Shown here in pieces: positions 22,872 through 34,007 of a stretch of 64,000 nucleotides of DNA; positions within the stretch are counted from its first letter, which is position 1, and every line of letters starts with the position of its first letter. The DNA comes from Planctomycetota bacterium. Its GTDB lineage: Bacteria > Planctomycetota > PLA2 > JAEUHO01. The translations under genes were made by a program, and so were the position numbers. The stretch covers positions 96,001-160,000 of the forward strand of contig JBFWRP010000003.1 in assembly GCA_050248855.1 (NCBI GenBank), written 5' to 3'. Below the pieces are notes generated by a model that saw nothing but the letters and a program-made list of their open reading frames with translations, was not told the origin of the DNA and searched no databases.

Positions 22872-24826
22872 TGCGCGCGCGGCGGGTCGGCACGCTGACC
22901 TTGGCGAGCTTGGTGTTCGCACTCGTCGCCTGCGGCGAGGAGACGCCGCTGCCGCGCGACGTCGCGCGGTGGGCTGCAGCGGGTTCCACGCGATTGCGCT
23001 TCGACGACGCCTCGGCCGCCTCGGGCATCAGCGCCGTGAACCACACGGGGCGCGCGGGAACGAAGGAGTTCCTGATCGAGGCGATGGGCCCCGGCCCGGC
23101 GTGGCTCGATGCCGATGGCGACGGGTGGCTGGACCTCTTCCTGCCCGACGGCGAGGGCTTGGGCGCGTACGAGCTGGTGGAGGTCCCGGAGCCCGGGACG
23201 CGCCGCGCACGCCCCCTGCTGCGCCGACGGGACGATGCCGACTCGCCGGGCGGCGACACGCTCTGGCGCAACCGGGGGGACGGCACGTTCGAGGACGTGA
23301 CCCGGGCCGCGGGGATCGCCGGGCGGGGCTGGTCGTTCGGCGCGCTGGCCTTCGATATGGAGGGCGACGGCGACACGGACGTGCTCGTGGCACGCTTCGG
23401 CAAGAACCTGCTCTGGCGCAACCTGGGTGACGGCACCTTCGAGGAAGTCGGCGAGGCCCTGGGTGTCGCGGGCCCGGTCTGGGCCTGGACCACGTGCGCG
23501 GCCGCGGGGGACCTGGACGGTGACGGGCGTCTCGACCTCTACCTCGCGCAGTACGCCGACCCCGCCGCCGAGGTCGCCAAGCGGCGCGACGACCCCAACC
23601 AGGCCGACCTGCTGCCGCCCGGCGCGGCGCCGGACCGGATCGGCGGTCGGGCCTGCCGCTGGCAGGGCCTCACGACCTACTGCGGGCCCATCGGACTGGA
23701 CGCGCAACACGACGTGGTCCTGCGCCAGCGCGAGGACGGCACGTTCGAGGACGTGACCGCGGCCTGGGGCTTCGTGCCACCGGCGGCCCAGTACGGCTTC
23801 CAGGTCCTGATCGTGGACCTCTCCGAGGACGGCCTCCTCGACGTGTTCGTGGCGAACGACTCGGTCGAGAACTTCCTGTGGGTCCAGTCCCGCGCGCCGG
23901 ACGGCACGCCGCGCTTCCGCGACGACGCCACCGTGCGCGGCGTCAAGCTCGGCACCAACGACAGCCCACAAGCCAGCATGGGCGCGGCGGTAGCCGACGC
24001 CGACCAGGACGGCTTGCTCGACCTCGCCGCCACCAACTTCAGCCGCGACTACAACAACATCTGGAAGGCCCGGCGCGTGAAGCACACGGGGATGGTCTTC
24101 TTCCGCGACCGCGGCCTGGCCCTGATCGGTGCGGCCACGTACATGGACCTCTCGTGGGGCGTGGGCTGGCAGGACTTCGACAACGACGCCGACCTCGACC
24201 TGTTCATTGCCAACGGGCACGTCTACCGCGAGGTCGACGACGCCCCGGGCCTGGGCAGCTATGCGCAGCCCAACACCTTGTTCGAGTGCATGGACGTCGC
24301 CGACCTCGGCTACCGCGAGGTGGGGGCCAAGGCGATGCGCCATCCCGGGGGCGGGGTCGAGCCCGCAGCGCTCGACGCCGGGCCGGGTCTGGAGATCGAA
24401 GCCTCCAGCCGCGGAGCGGCCTTTGGCGACTACGACGACGACGGCCGCGTCGACGTGTTCGTCGGCAACATGAACGAGCGACCCTCCCTGCTGCACAACG
24501 TCTCGCGCGACGGCGGCACGTGGGTGAAGCTGGTCCTCCAGCAGCCGGGTCCCAACCGCGAGGCGGTGGGGGCGCGCCTGCGCGTCGCGTCGGGCGGTCG
24601 CACGCAGACGTTCCCCGTGCTGCGCGGCAGCTCGTTCCTGGGCACCGACGACCCGCGCGTGCACGTGGGCCTCGGCGCGGCGGCCACGTGCGACGTCCAG
24701 GTGGACTGGCCCGCGCCCCAGCCGACGACGGTCCGCTACGCAGGGCTCGAGGCGGGGGCGATGCATCGCCTGCGGCGGGACGGCAGCCACGAGGAGGTGG
24801 CGCTCGGCGCCTCGAGAGATCGATAG
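22871..24826 (+). CDS. CRTAC1-family FG-GAP/VCBS-repeat lipoprotein with C-terminal ASPIC/UnbV domain
   Basis: Lipobox LVAC; repeated D-x-D-G-D-G-x-L-D-L motifs; [24 protein letters not shown]...GSSFLG...VHVGLG...V.WP. Confidence 0.88.
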   Translation: MRARRVGTLTLASLVFALVACGEETPLPRDVARWAAAGSTRLRFDDASAASGISAVNHTGRAGTKEFLIEAMGPGPAWLDADGDGWLDLFLPDGEGLGAYELVEVPEPGTRRARPLLRRRDDADSPGGDTLWRNRGDGTFEDVTRAAGIAGRGWSFGALAFDMEGDGDTDVLVARFGKNLLWRNLGDGTFEEVGEALGVAGPVWAWTTCAAAGDLDGDGRLDLYLAQYADPAAEVAKRRDDPNQADLLPPGAAPDRIGGRACRWQGLTTYCGPIGLDAQHDVVLRQREDGTFEDVTAAWGFVPPAAQYGFQVLIVDLSEDGLLDVFVANDSVENFLWVQSRAPDGTPRFRDDATVRGVKLGTNDSPQASMGAAVADADQDGLLDLAATNFSRDYNNIWKARRVKHTGMVFFRDRGLALIGAATYMDLSWGVGWQDFDNDADLDLFIANGHVYREVDDAPGLGSYAQPNTLFECMDVADLGYREVGAKAMRHPGGGVEPAALDAGPGLEIEASSRGAAFGDYDDDGRVDVFVGNMNERPSLLHNVSRDGGTWVKLVLQQPGPNREAVGARLRVASGGRTQTFPVLRGSSFLGTDDPRVHVGLGAAATCDVQVDWPAPQPTTVRYAGLEAGAMHRLRRDGSHEEVALGASRDR

Positions 24827-24961
24827 AATCGCAATCCAAGATCTGCATGCACGATAGATGTACGATACACGTGGTGGCCGTCGGCCCGGACGGCCGTCGG
24901 GCCAAGGTGGCGGGCCGCTGCGCCTCGTCCTTCAATGGCGGATCGCCCCCGGGAGTCGTCC

Positions 24962-25351
24962 ATGAACGTTCTGGCCGCCGCCTCCGAGATCGCCGAGTAC
25001 GTGCCCGTGCTGGTGATGCTGCTGTTCGCCTTGGGGTTCGCGGCCCTCAACCTCGTGGCCTCCTGGGTGCTCGGGCAGAAGGCGCCGAGCAACCCGGTCA
25101 AGGACGCGGCCTACGAGTGCGGCATGCCGCCGATCAGCGACGCGCACCAGCGCTTCAGCGTGAAGTTCTACCTGGTCGCGATCCTGTTCGTGCTGTTCGA
25201 CATCGAGGTGGTCTTCCTCTACCCCTGGGCCGTGCACTTCAACAAGATGCCGCAGTTCCTGTTCTTCGAGATGCTGGTGTTCATCGGCATCTTGTTCCTG
25301 GGCTGGTGGTACGTGATCCGCAAGGGCGCCGTCAACTGGGCGCGGGACTGA
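24962..25351 (+). CDS. nuoA: NADH-quinone oxidoreductase subunit A
   Basis: [38 protein letters not shown]. Confidence 0.96.
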   Translation: MNVLAAASEIAEYVPVLVMLLFALGFAALNLVASWVLGQKAPSNPVKDAAYECGMPPISDAHQRFSVKFYLVAILFVLFDIEVVFLYPWAVHFNKMPQFLFFEMLVFIGILFLGWWYVIRKGAVNWARD

Positions 25352-25385
25352 CGCCAACCCCCCCCGACGAGCCGAGGAGCACGCC

Positions 25386-26063
25386 ATGTCCAAGACTGTC
25401 ACCCAAACGGCTGATCACCTGGAAGCCAGCGGCAGCAGCGAGGGCTCGTTCCTCCTCACGTCCGTGCAGTCGCTCGCCAACTGGTGCCGCAAGAACAGCG
25501 TGTGGCCACTTCCCCTGGGCCTTTCCTGCTGCGGCATCGAGTTCATGGCCACGGCCTGCAGCCGCTACGACATGGCCCGCTTCGGCATGGAGGTGGCGCG
25601 CTTCTCGCCGCGCCAGGCCGACCTGCTGCTCGTGGCGGGCACGCTCACCTACAAGATGGCCCACGTCATGACGCGCCTCTACGACCAGATGGCCGAGCCC
25701 AAGTGGGTGATCGCCATGGGCGCGTGCGCGTCCAGCGGCGGCATGTTCCGCAGCTACCCGGTCGTGCAGGGCATCGACGAGTTCATCCCGGTCGACTTCT
25801 ACATCCCCGGCTGCCCGCCGCGTCCCGACGCGGTGCTGACGTGCCTGATGGAGCTGCAGAAGAAGATCGACGCGGACCGTTCCTGGCGCCTGCGCCTGGA
25901 CAACCCCGAGGAAGAGCGCCGCGTGCCGCTCGTCGAGCGCGGCGCCTTGCCGGGGCGCGGCGAGGGCGCGCCGGTGGCCCTGGCCACGCGCAACGAGCGC
26001 TTCGCCGAGGAGGGTCCGCAGAAGGCCGCGAGCCGCGGCCGCGAGCCCAAGGAGCTCCTGTGA
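25386..26063 (+). CDS. nuoB: NADH-quinone oxidoreductase subunit B
   Basis: [32 protein letters not shown]. Confidence 0.97.
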   Translation: MSKTVTQTADHLEASGSSEGSFLLTSVQSLANWCRKNSVWPLPLGLSCCGIEFMATACSRYDMARFGMEVARFSPRQADLLLVAGTLTYKMAHVMTRLYDQMAEPKWVIAMGACASSGGMFRSYPVVQGIDEFIPVDFYIPGCPPRPDAVLTCLMELQKKIDADRSWRLRLDNPEEERRVPLVERGALPGRGEGAPVALATRNERFAEEGPQKAASRGREPKELL

Positions 26064-26602
26064 GCCGCGCCACCCGGTCCGTCACCAGCTCGATCACGTA
26101 CCTCGACGCGGCTCCCGCGTCGGTCTCCGCCGCGGCCCGCGCCGCGCTGGAGCCGTTCGGCCCAGCGTGGTCCGCGCACGCGCCCCACGCCGACGGCCGG
26201 CCCTGGATGGGGCACGGCTACGCGGCGGCCCGCGTCCCGACCGATCGTTGGCTCGAGGCGCACAAGGCCTTGAAGGCCGCCGGTTTCGTGTTCCTGCGTG
26301 ACCACACGGCCGTGGACTACCCCGACCGCGTGCCCCGCTTCACCGTGGTCACGAGCCTCGTCAACCTGGAGACGCAGGAAGAGCTGCTGCTCAAGACGCG
26401 CGTGGCCGATGGCGAATCGGTGGCTTCGCTGACGCCGCTCTGGCACAGCGCCAACTGGGCCGAGCGCGAGACCTACGACATGTTCGGGATTCCCTTCGAG
26501 GGCCACCCCGACCTCACGCGCATCTACATGCCCGAGGACTACGACGGCTGGCCGATGCGGCGCGATTTCCCGCTCCAAGGCCATCTCCGCTTCCAGGACT
26601 GA
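26060..26602 (+). CDS. nuoC: NADH-quinone oxidoreductase subunit C
   Basis: [39 protein letters not shown]. Confidence 0.95.
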   Translation: MSRATRSVTSSITYLDAAPASVSAAARAALEPFGPAWSAHAPHADGRPWMGHGYAAARVPTDRWLEAHKALKAAGFVFLRDHTAVDYPDRVPRFTVVTSLVNLETQEELLLKTRVADGESVASLTPLWHSANWAERETYDMFGIPFEGHPDLTRIYMPEDYDGWPMRRDFPLQGHLRFQD

Positions 26603-26801
26603 AGCGGGCGTCGCGAGGAACTGCGAGCGGGTCGCAAGACGGCCCGAAGTGCCCCTCGGACAGGGCCGCCGGCGGCGTCTTCGAGCCGGGTCGGCGCCCC
26701 GGTCGCGGCTCGCCGGGTCGGGGCTGCCGCCGTACCCTGCGCGCCACCGCCGCCGCCGCGGAGACCCCGCGGTCCATCCACGCCCCGAGGGTGCCGAGCC
26801 C

Positions 26802-28070
26802 ATGAGCGTCCCGCCCGAATCCGGTCCCACTGCCGCCCGCCCGTCCGCCGCGGGCGAGGCCGTGGCGTGGGACCCGGACATCCGCCTCGACCAGGGTGAC
26901 GACCTGGGCGAGCGCATGGTCCTCAACATGGGTCCGTCGCATCCCAGCACGCATGGCGTGCTGCGCATCGTGCTCGAGATCGACGGCGAGCGGGTGATCA
27001 AGGCCACGCCCGACGTGGGCTACCTGCACCGGGGCATGGAGAAGCTCGGGGAGACGCTCGGCTACCACCGCTTCATCCCCTACACGGACCGCCTCGACTA
27101 CCTCGCGCCGCTCTCCAACAACTGCGCCATTGCGCTGGCGGCGGAGCGGGTCTGCGGGATCGAGGCGCCGCCGCGTGCGCAGGGCCTGCGCGTCATCTGC
27201 TGCGAGCTGGCGCGCATGAGCGCGCACCTGCTGGGCCTCGGCGCCTACTCGATGGACGTGGGGGCGATGACCGTCTTCCTCTACACGTTCACGGAGCGCG
27301 AGCGCCTCTACAACTTCTTCGAGTTCCTCACGGGCGCCCGCTTCACCACGTCCTACACGCGCATCGGCGGCGTGGCGCGCGACGCCGAGGACGGCTGGCT
27401 GCGCGAGGTGCGCGAGTTCTGCGATGGGTTCCACAAGAAGGTGGACACCTGGGAGAAGCTGCTCACGCGCAACCGCATCTGGCGCATCCGCAACGAGGGC
27501 ATCGGCGTCATCACGCGCGACATGGCGCTCTCCTACGGCCTGACGGGCCCCGTGCTGCGCGGCAGCGGCGTCCCCTACGACGTGCGCAAGGACCGCCCCT
27601 ACTTCGGGTACGAGCAGTACGACTTCGACGTGCCCGTCGGCCAGCATGGCGATGCCTACGACCGCTACCTCGTGCGCCTGGAGGAGCTGCGCCAGTCGGC
27701 GCGCATCGTGGTCCAGGCCATCGATCGCCTGCCCGAGGGCCCCTTCCTCGCCGACGAGCCCAAGTTCGTGCTGCCGGCCAAGCACGACGTGCTCACGGGG
27801 ATGGAGCAGCTGATCCACCAGTTCATGCTCGTCACGGGCGAGATGGACACGCCCACGGGCGAGATCGCGTCCTACATCGAGAACCCCAAGGGCGAGCACG
27901 GCTACTACATCCGCAGCGAGGGCGGCGCTGCGCCGTGGCGCCTCAAGATGCGCGCCCCGTCGTTCGTCAACCTGCAGGTGCTCAAGGAGCTCCTGCCGGG
28001 CGTGTTGGTCGCCGACATCGTGGCCATCCTCGGCTCGATCGACTTCGTGATGGGGGAGTGCGACAAGTGA
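26802..28070 (+). CDS. nuoD: NADH-quinone oxidoreductase subunit D
   Basis: LNMGPSHPSTHGVLR, GYLHRGMEK, DRLDY, GDAYDRY, ENPKGE, RAPSF. Confidence 0.97.
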   Translation: MSVPPESGPTAARPSAAGEAVAWDPDIRLDQGDDLGERMVLNMGPSHPSTHGVLRIVLEIDGERVIKATPDVGYLHRGMEKLGETLGYHRFIPYTDRLDYLAPLSNNCAIALAAERVCGIEAPPRAQGLRVICCELARMSAHLLGLGAYSMDVGAMTVFLYTFTERERLYNFFEFLTGARFTTSYTRIGGVARDAEDGWLREVREFCDGFHKKVDTWEKLLTRNRIWRIRNEGIGVITRDMALSYGLTGPVLRGSGVPYDVRKDRPYFGYEQYDFDVPVGQHGDAYDRYLVRLEELRQSARIVVQAIDRLPEGPFLADEPKFVLPAKHDVLTGMEQLIHQFMLVTGEMDTPTGEIASYIENPKGEHGYYIRSEGGAAPWRLKMRAPSFVNLQVLKELLPGVLVADIVAILGSIDFVMGECDK

Positions 28071-28609
28071 ACCCGCGAGCACCCGCCGCCGAGCCGAAGG
28101 ACGTCGCGCCGCGCCCGCCCGCGGTCGTCCCCGCCGCGTTCCCGCCGCCCCAGCTGAAGGCGACGTGCGAGAAGATCCTCGCGCGGTACCCGACCAAGAT
28201 GGCGGCCCTGCTGCCCATCCTGCACGAGGCGCAGGCCTTCGGCGGCGGCTGGGTCTCGCCCGAGCTCGAGGCGGGTGTCGCGGCCTACCTTGGCCTGAGT
28301 CCCTCCCACGTGCACGGCGTGCTCACGTTCTACGCCATGTACAACACGAAGCCCGCGGGCCGCCATGAGCTGTGGGTCTGCCGCACGCTCACGTGCTGGC
28401 GACGCGGTGCGCCGGAGCTTCGGGCCAAGGCGCTCGAGAAGGCCGGCTGCACGCGCACGGGCGAGGTGGGTGCCGACGGCCGCTTCCTCGTGAAGGACAT
28501 GGAGTGCCTGGGCCTCTGCGAGCAGGCGCCGGCGATCTGGCTCGACGGCGTGGCGCACGCCAACGTCACCACCGAGGGTCTCGAGCAGCTCATGGACGGC
28601 TGCAAGTAG
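28067..28609 (+). CDS. nuoE: NADH-quinone oxidoreductase subunit E
   Basis: ALLPILHEAQ, TFYAMY and 2Fe-2S ligands CRTLTC and ECLGLC. Confidence 0.93.
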   Translation: MNPRAPAAEPKDVAPRPPAVVPAAFPPPQLKATCEKILARYPTKMAALLPILHEAQAFGGGWVSPELEAGVAAYLGLSPSHVHGVLTFYAMYNTKPAGRHELWVCRTLTCWRRGAPELRAKALEKAGCTRTGEVGADGRFLVKDMECLGLCEQAPAIWLDGVAHANVTTEGLEQLMDGCK

Positions 28610-28622
28610 GAGCGCACGAGGC

Positions 28623-29981
28623 ATGGCGGCCAAGACCCCCAAGCGCTACCCCGAGACGCGGGTCCTCTCGCGCAACTTCGACGTCGACAAGGCGTGGACG
28701 TTCGACGTCGCCCGCCAGCGGGGCGCGTACCGGAGCTTGGAGAAGGCGCTCTCCTCGATGACGCCCGACCAGGTCATCGACGAGGTCAAGTCCAGCCGCC
28801 TGCGCGGCCGCGGTGGCGCGGGCTTCCCGACGGGCGTCAAGTGGAGCTTCGTCCCCAAGCAGACGGACAAGACGAAGTACATCTGCCTCAACGCCGACGA
28901 GAGCGAGCCCGGTACGTTCAAGGACCGCTACCTGATGGAGCTCGATCCCCACCTGGTGATCGAGGGCTGCCTCATCACGGCCTACGCCGTCGGCGCGACG
29001 ATGGTCTACATCTACGTCCGCGGCGAGTACCCGCTGTCCATCGAGCGCCTCTGGGCGGCCATCGAGGAGGCCCGCAAGGAGGGCTTCGTCGGGAAGAAGA
29101 TCGCCGGCCGCGACTTCCACTGCGACGTCGTGGTGCACAGCGGCGCGGGCGCCTACATCTGCGGCGAGGAGACGGCGCTGCTCGAGTCGCTCGAGGGCAA
29201 GCGCGGCCACCCGCGCATCAAGCCGCCGTTCCCCGCCGTCGAGGGTGCCTTCGCCAGCCCCACGGTGATCAACAACGTCGAGACGCTTGCCCACGTGCCG
29301 TGGATCATCGAGCACGGTGGCGCGGCGTTCGCCAAGCAGGGGATCCCGCCCGACCCGGCCGACCCGCGCAGCGTCGGCAGCTCCGGCACCAAGCTGATGG
29401 GCGTGTCCGGCGACGTGAAGAAGCCCGGCGTGTGGGAGTTCGAGTTCGGCATCACCCTGCGCCAGCTCATCGACGACTACGCCGGCGGGGCGCTCGAGGG
29501 GCGCACGATCAAGGCCGTGATCCCCGGCGGGCTCAGCATGCCCGTGCTCACGGGCGACGAGCTCGACGTCAAGATGGGCTTCGACGACCTCAAGAAGGCC
29601 GGCAGCGGCCTGGGCACCGCGTGCGCCATCGTGATGGACGACACCTGCGACATGGTCCAGGCCTGCGAGAACATCGCGCACTTCTTCGCCGACGAGTCCT
29701 GCGGGCAGTGCACGCCCTGCCGCGAAGGCTGCCACTGGATGGAGAAGATCTTCCGCCGCTTCGATGCGGGGGAGGGCACGCGCGCGGACCTCGACCTGCT
29801 CGAGAACCTGTTCCGTCAGATCGAGGGCCGCACCATCTGCGCCCTGGCCGATGCCGCGGTCTGGCCGCTGCGCAGCATCGTGCGCAAGTTCCGCCACGAG
29901 TTCGTGGCCAAGATGTCGCCGGACGAGCAACGCGCCGAAGCCGAGGCACGCTCCGCTCGCCAGCCGGCAGGCGTGAAGTAG
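28623..29981 (+). CDS. nuoF: NADH-quinone oxidoreductase subunit F
   Basis: LRGRGGAGFPTGVKW, NADESEPGTFKDR, GAGAYICGEETALLESLEG, ESCGQCTPCREG. Confidence 0.98.
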   Translation: MAAKTPKRYPETRVLSRNFDVDKAWTFDVARQRGAYRSLEKALSSMTPDQVIDEVKSSRLRGRGGAGFPTGVKWSFVPKQTDKTKYICLNADESEPGTFKDRYLMELDPHLVIEGCLITAYAVGATMVYIYVRGEYPLSIERLWAAIEEARKEGFVGKKIAGRDFHCDVVVHSGAGAYICGEETALLESLEGKRGHPRIKPPFPAVEGAFASPTVINNVETLAHVPWIIEHGGAAFAKQGIPPDPADPRSVGSSGTKLMGVSGDVKKPGVWEFEFGITLRQLIDDYAGGALEGRTIKAVIPGGLSMPVLTGDELDVKMGFDDLKKAGSGLGTACAIVMDDTCDMVQACENIAHFFADESCGQCTPCREGCHWMEKIFRRFDAGEGTRADLDLLENLFRQIEGRTICALADAAVWPLRSIVRKFRHEFVAKMSPDEQRAEAEARSARQPAGVK

Positions 29982-29993
29982 GGGGCCCCGACG

Positions 29994-31538
29994 ATGAGCG
30001 CGCAGAGCTCCCCCGAGCCGGTCGTCACGATCAACGGGACGGCCTACCCCTACGAGCCGGGCGACACGGTGATCCGCGTCGCCCACCGTCACGGCATCGA
30101 GGTGCCCCACTACTGCTACCACCCGGCCATGTCGCCGGCGGGCAACTGCCGCATCTGCATGGTCGAGGTCGTCGGCAGCCCGCGTCCGCAGATCGCCTGC
30201 AAGATGGCCTGCACGCCGGGCCTCGCGGTGCGCACGGACAGCGACCTCGCCCACGAGGCCCGCGCCGACACGATGCAGATGCTGCTCGTGAACCATCCGC
30301 TGGACTGCCCGATCTGCGACCAGGCCGGCGAGTGCCACTTGCAGGACTACTCGTACCAGCTGGGCGCCGGGCGGGCCGTCACCACCACGCCCAAGACGAA
30401 GCTGCCCAAGAACCAGCCGTTCGGCGAGCAGATCGTGTACGACGCGGAGCGCTGCATCAAGTGCACCCTCTGCGTGCGCTTCTGCGAGGAGATCACCGAC
30501 ACCCACGAGCTGGCGATGGGCCAGCGCGGCGACCACGAGCAGGTCATCATGACCAGCGCGGGCGAGTTCACCACGCGCTACAGCATGAACATCGTGGACC
30601 TCTGCCCGGTGGGCGCGCTGACCAGCCGCGACTTCCGCTTCCGCAGCCGTCTCTGGTTCATGGACTTCGTGCCGAGCGTCTGCACGGGCTGCGCGCGCGG
30701 TTGCAACGTCACCGTGGGCGCACGCATGGGCAAGGTGCTGCGCCTCGAGCCCCGCGAGAACCAGGACGTCAACCGCTGGTGGATGTGCGACGTGGGCCGG
30801 CTCGACTACAAGCATGCCAACAGCCCCACGCGCCTCGGCGTGCCGGCGGTGCGCGACGCCTCGGGGGCCTGGCGCGAGGCCACCTACGAGCAGGCCATCC
30901 AAGCCGCCTCCGCCCTCCTGGCCGAGGTGCGTCGAGACGGACGTGCGGGTCACGTGCTCGTCGATGGCGGGGCCACGCTCGAGGAGATGTGGGTCGCCCG
31001 CGAGCTGGCCGCGGCGCTGGGCGGCGAGGCGCGCTACGCGTCCCACGTCGCCGACGACGCCGACGACTTCCTGATCGTGAACGAGAAGGGTGCCAACGCC
31101 CGCGGCGCCGCGGTCTTGGGCCTCGAGCGCGTGGACGACGCCGCGAACGCGTCGGCGGCCGTGCTGGTCGTCGAGCGCGACACCCACGTCCCGGCGACCT
31201 TGCGCGAGGCCAGCGGCGCCGTGGTCGCCTTCGTCACGGATGCCGCCCACGTGCCCGACTCGGTGCGGGTCGCGTTTCCCTTCGGCTCGTTCGCCGAGCG
31301 CGACGGCTGGCTCGTCAACGTCGACGGCCGCGTCCAGCGGCTCCGCAGCACGGACGAGGCCGGGCCGCCCGCGGTCCAGCCCTTCCCGGCGGTCGCCCAG
31401 GAGCTGCTCCTGGACCTGGACGCCCGCTACGACGTCCTGGACGACGCCGCCCTCGAGGCCCGCCTGCGCGCGACGCCCGGCGTGGCCGACCTGTCTTGGC
31501 CGTTCGCGGCCCGTGAGCCGGCGGAGGTGAGCTCGTGA
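29994..31538 (+). CDS. nuoG: NADH-quinone oxidoreductase subunit G (short form)
   Basis: YCYHP...GNCRIC, NHPLDCPICDQAGEC, RCIKCTLCVRFC, LCPVGAL, CTGCARGC...WMCD. Confidence 0.92.
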   Translation: MSAQSSPEPVVTINGTAYPYEPGDTVIRVAHRHGIEVPHYCYHPAMSPAGNCRICMVEVVGSPRPQIACKMACTPGLAVRTDSDLAHEARADTMQMLLVNHPLDCPICDQAGECHLQDYSYQLGAGRAVTTTPKTKLPKNQPFGEQIVYDAERCIKCTLCVRFCEEITDTHELAMGQRGDHEQVIMTSAGEFTTRYSMNIVDLCPVGALTSRDFRFRSRLWFMDFVPSVCTGCARGCNVTVGARMGKVLRLEPRENQDVNRWWMCDVGRLDYKHANSPTRLGVPAVRDASGAWREATYEQAIQAASALLAEVRRDGRAGHVLVDGGATLEEMWVARELAAALGGEARYASHVADDADDFLIVNEKGANARGAAVLGLERVDDAANASAAVLVVERDTHVPATLREASGAVVAFVTDAAHVPDSVRVAFPFGSFAERDGWLVNVDGRVQRLRSTDEAGPPAVQPFPAVAQELLLDLDARYDVLDDAALEARLRATPGVADLSWPFAAREPAEVSS

Positions 31539-32788
31539 CGACGGCTTGGTCCACGGTCCACGTCCTCGCCGGGATCTTCAGTCGCCCGGAGCATGGTGGG
31601 TCCACGCTCGGCTGGGTGATCGGCCGCGTGTTGCTGGTGCTGCTGGTGGCGCACGTCGTCCTGATCGTGGGCGCGCTCATGGTGTGGTCCGAGCGCCGCG
31701 TCAGCGCGTGGATGCAGGACCGCCTCGGTCCCAACCGCGTGGGCCCCGAGGGCTTGCTGCAGCCGCTTGCCGACCTCGGCAAGTTCATGTTCAAGGAGGA
31801 CGTGATCCCACGCCACGTGGATCGCTGGATCTACGTGCTGGCGCCGGCGATCTCGCTGCTCCCCGCGATGGTGACGTTCGCCGTGATTCCCTTCATGGGC
31901 GAGGTGCAGCAGGCCGGCGACTGGAGCTGGCACCAGTCCTGGCAGATCGCCGACCTCGACATCGGCGTCCTCTACATCCTGAGCATGGCCGGCATCAGCG
32001 TCTACGGCATCACGCTGGGCGGCTGGGCTTCCAACAGCAAGTACTCGCTGCTCGGCGGCGTCCGTGCCAGCGCCCAGATGATCAGCTACGAGCTCTCGCT
32101 CGGCCTGGCGATCGTCCCCGTGCTGCTGATGACCGGGTCCCTGGGCCTCGGCGACATCGTACGCTGGCAGGCCGAGAACGGCTGGTTCCTGTTCTTCCAG
32201 CCGCTCGCGTTCTTCATCTTCCTGGTCAGCGCCTACGCCGAGACCAACCGCCTACCCTTCGACATGCCGGAGTCCGAGACGGAGCTGGTGGCGGGCTACC
32301 ACACCGAATACTCGTCCATGAAGTTCGCGCTGTTCTTCCTGGCGGAGTACACGCACATGACCGTGGGCTCGGCCCTGGTCGTGACGCTCTTCTGCGGCGG
32401 CTGGACGCTGTTCGGCCTCGAGGCCATGGGTCCCCTGATGGGTCTCCTGGCCTTCGTGCTGAAGACCGTGTTCTTCCTCTTCCTCTTCATCTGGGTGCGC
32501 TGGACGATCCCGCGCTTCCGGTACGACCAGCTGATGGCCCTGGGCTGGGCGTGGTTCATCCCGCTGGCCCTGCTCAACATCGTGCTGACGGCGGCCGCCC
32601 TGGCTACGGGCATCCCCGCCCTTCTCTACGTGATGCCGGTCGGCCTGCTGGGCGCGGCACTCGTCGTCGTGGGCATCGTCTACCGCCGCGAGAAGTCCGC
32701 CGTGCGCCCGCTGGCCGCGGACCCGACGTCGGCGGTGTGGAGCGGCAACCGTCCCGCTGGCGGGGCCTCCGGGGAGGTGGTCTCGTGA
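31535..32788 (+). CDS. nuoH: NADH-quinone oxidoreductase subunit H
   Basis: ERRVSAWMQDRLGPNRVGP, SKYSLLGG, ETNRLPFDMPE, PRFRYDQLM. Confidence 0.97.
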   Translation: MTTAWSTVHVLAGIFSRPEHGGSTLGWVIGRVLLVLLVAHVVLIVGALMVWSERRVSAWMQDRLGPNRVGPEGLLQPLADLGKFMFKEDVIPRHVDRWIYVLAPAISLLPAMVTFAVIPFMGEVQQAGDWSWHQSWQIADLDIGVLYILSMAGISVYGITLGGWASNSKYSLLGGVRASAQMISYELSLGLAIVPVLLMTGSLGLGDIVRWQAENGWFLFFQPLAFFIFLVSAYAETNRLPFDMPESETELVAGYHTEYSSMKFALFFLAEYTHMTVGSALVVTLFCGGWTLFGLEAMGPLMGLLAFVLKTVFFLFLFIWVRWTIPRFRYDQLMALGWAWFIPLALLNIVLTAAALATGIPALLYVMPVGLLGAALVVVGIVYRREKSAVRPLAADPTSAVWSGNRPAGGASGEVVS

Positions 32789-33297
32789 GCGCCAAGGTCA
32801 AGACCGTCAACCGCACGCCGTCGACGTTCCTCGAGCGCCTGTACCTGCCGTCGGTCCTGAAGGGCCTCGGCATCACCTTCCGCCGGATGTTCCAGCGCAA
32901 GGTCACGATGCAGTTCCCCGAGGAGCGCTGGGAAGTGCGGGAGGGCTACCGCGGCGCTCCCGTGCTGGTGAAAGACGACGAGAACCGCCCCAAGTGCGTG
33001 GCGTGCTCGCTCTGCGAGTACGTCTGCCCGCCCAAGGCGATCTACATCGTCCCGGAAGAGGTCGAAGATGCCTCCCGCGCCCACATCGAGCGCGGTCCGG
33101 CCGTCTTCAACATCAACATGCTGCGGTGCATTTTCTGCGGCCTCTGCGAGGAGGCCTGTCCGGAAGAAGCGATCTTCATGTCCAAGGAATACGCCTTGTG
33201 GGGGGCCAGCCGTGCCGAGCTGATCCACGACAAGGAGACGCTCTACGAGCTCGGAGGCATCCGGGCCGGCGGCATCAAGAAGTGGAAGGGCAAGTAG
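32785..33297 (+). CDS. nuoI: NADH-quinone oxidoreductase subunit I
   Basis: Two 4Fe-4S motifs, CVACSLCEYVCP and CIFCGLCEEACP. Confidence 0.96.
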   Translation: MSAKVKTVNRTPSTFLERLYLPSVLKGLGITFRRMFQRKVTMQFPEERWEVREGYRGAPVLVKDDENRPKCVACSLCEYVCPPKAIYIVPEEVEDASRAHIERGPAVFNINMLRCIFCGLCEEACPEEAIFMSKEYALWGASRAELIHDKETLYELGGIRAGGIKKWKGK

Positions 33298-33437
33298 CGA
33301 GGCGGAGGTAGGGCCCCGGACCCCGGCGCGAGCGTCGGGGGGGACCGGAGGCCCCACGAGGGACGCGGCCGCCCGGGGGCCGCACGAACGGAGGACGCCG
33401 GACGACCCCAGGCGGGGCGGCCGGCGACGCGAGGGCG

Positions 33438-34007
33438 ATGGCCACCCAGGTCCTGTACATCCTCTTCGGCGGCCTGGCGCTCGGCGCTGCGCTGCTGGCG
33501 GTGACGCGGAAGAACCCCGTGGCGTCGGCCATTTGGCTGGTCGTCATGTTCTTCGGTCTCGCTGCCACCTACGTGGTGATGGAGGCGTTCTTCGTCGGCG
33601 CCATCCAGATCCTCGTCTACGCAGGCGCCATCATGGTGCTGTTCCTCTTCGTCATCATGCTGCTGGACTTGCGCCAGCAGATGCTCGAGGGCAAGCCCAC
33701 GACGCGCCTGCGCTTCTTCGGCGTGCTCGCCGCCTTGCTCTTCCTCGTGGTGGGTGTGGTCGCCCTGGGGGACGCCAAGGACCGGGGCCTGCTGCAGCGC
33801 GCCGTGACACCGCTGCCCCGCGAGGCGGACGTCGTTGCCGCCAATCCCGACGCCAAGGCCCTGGTCGACTTGCCGCTGGACGGCACGGCCGGCGCCATCG
33901 CCGACGAGATGTTCACGCGCTGGGTCCTGCCCTTCGAGGTGGCCAGCGTGATCCTGCTCGGCGCCATCTTGGGCGCCGTAATCCTGACGAAGCGGAGGCT
34001 CACGTGA
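33438..34007 (+). CDS. nuoJ: NADH-quinone oxidoreductase subunit J
   Basis: KNPVASA, QILVYAGAIMVLFLFVIMLL, PFEVASVILL. Confidence 0.95.
   Translation: MATQVLYILFGGLALGAALLAVTRKNPVASAIWLVVMFFGLAATYVVMEAFFVGAIQILVYAGAIMVLFLFVIMLLDLRQQMLEGKPTTRLRFFGVLAALLFLVVGVVALGDAKDRGLLQRAVTPLPREADVVAANPDAKALVDLPLDGTAGAIADEMFTRWVLPFEVASVILLGAILGAVILTKRRLT

Noticed and set aside
28040..28070. NuoD C-terminal GECDK as a NiFe-hydrogenase ligand remnant
   Set aside because: No CxxC pairs at either end; the context is a standard nuo operon.
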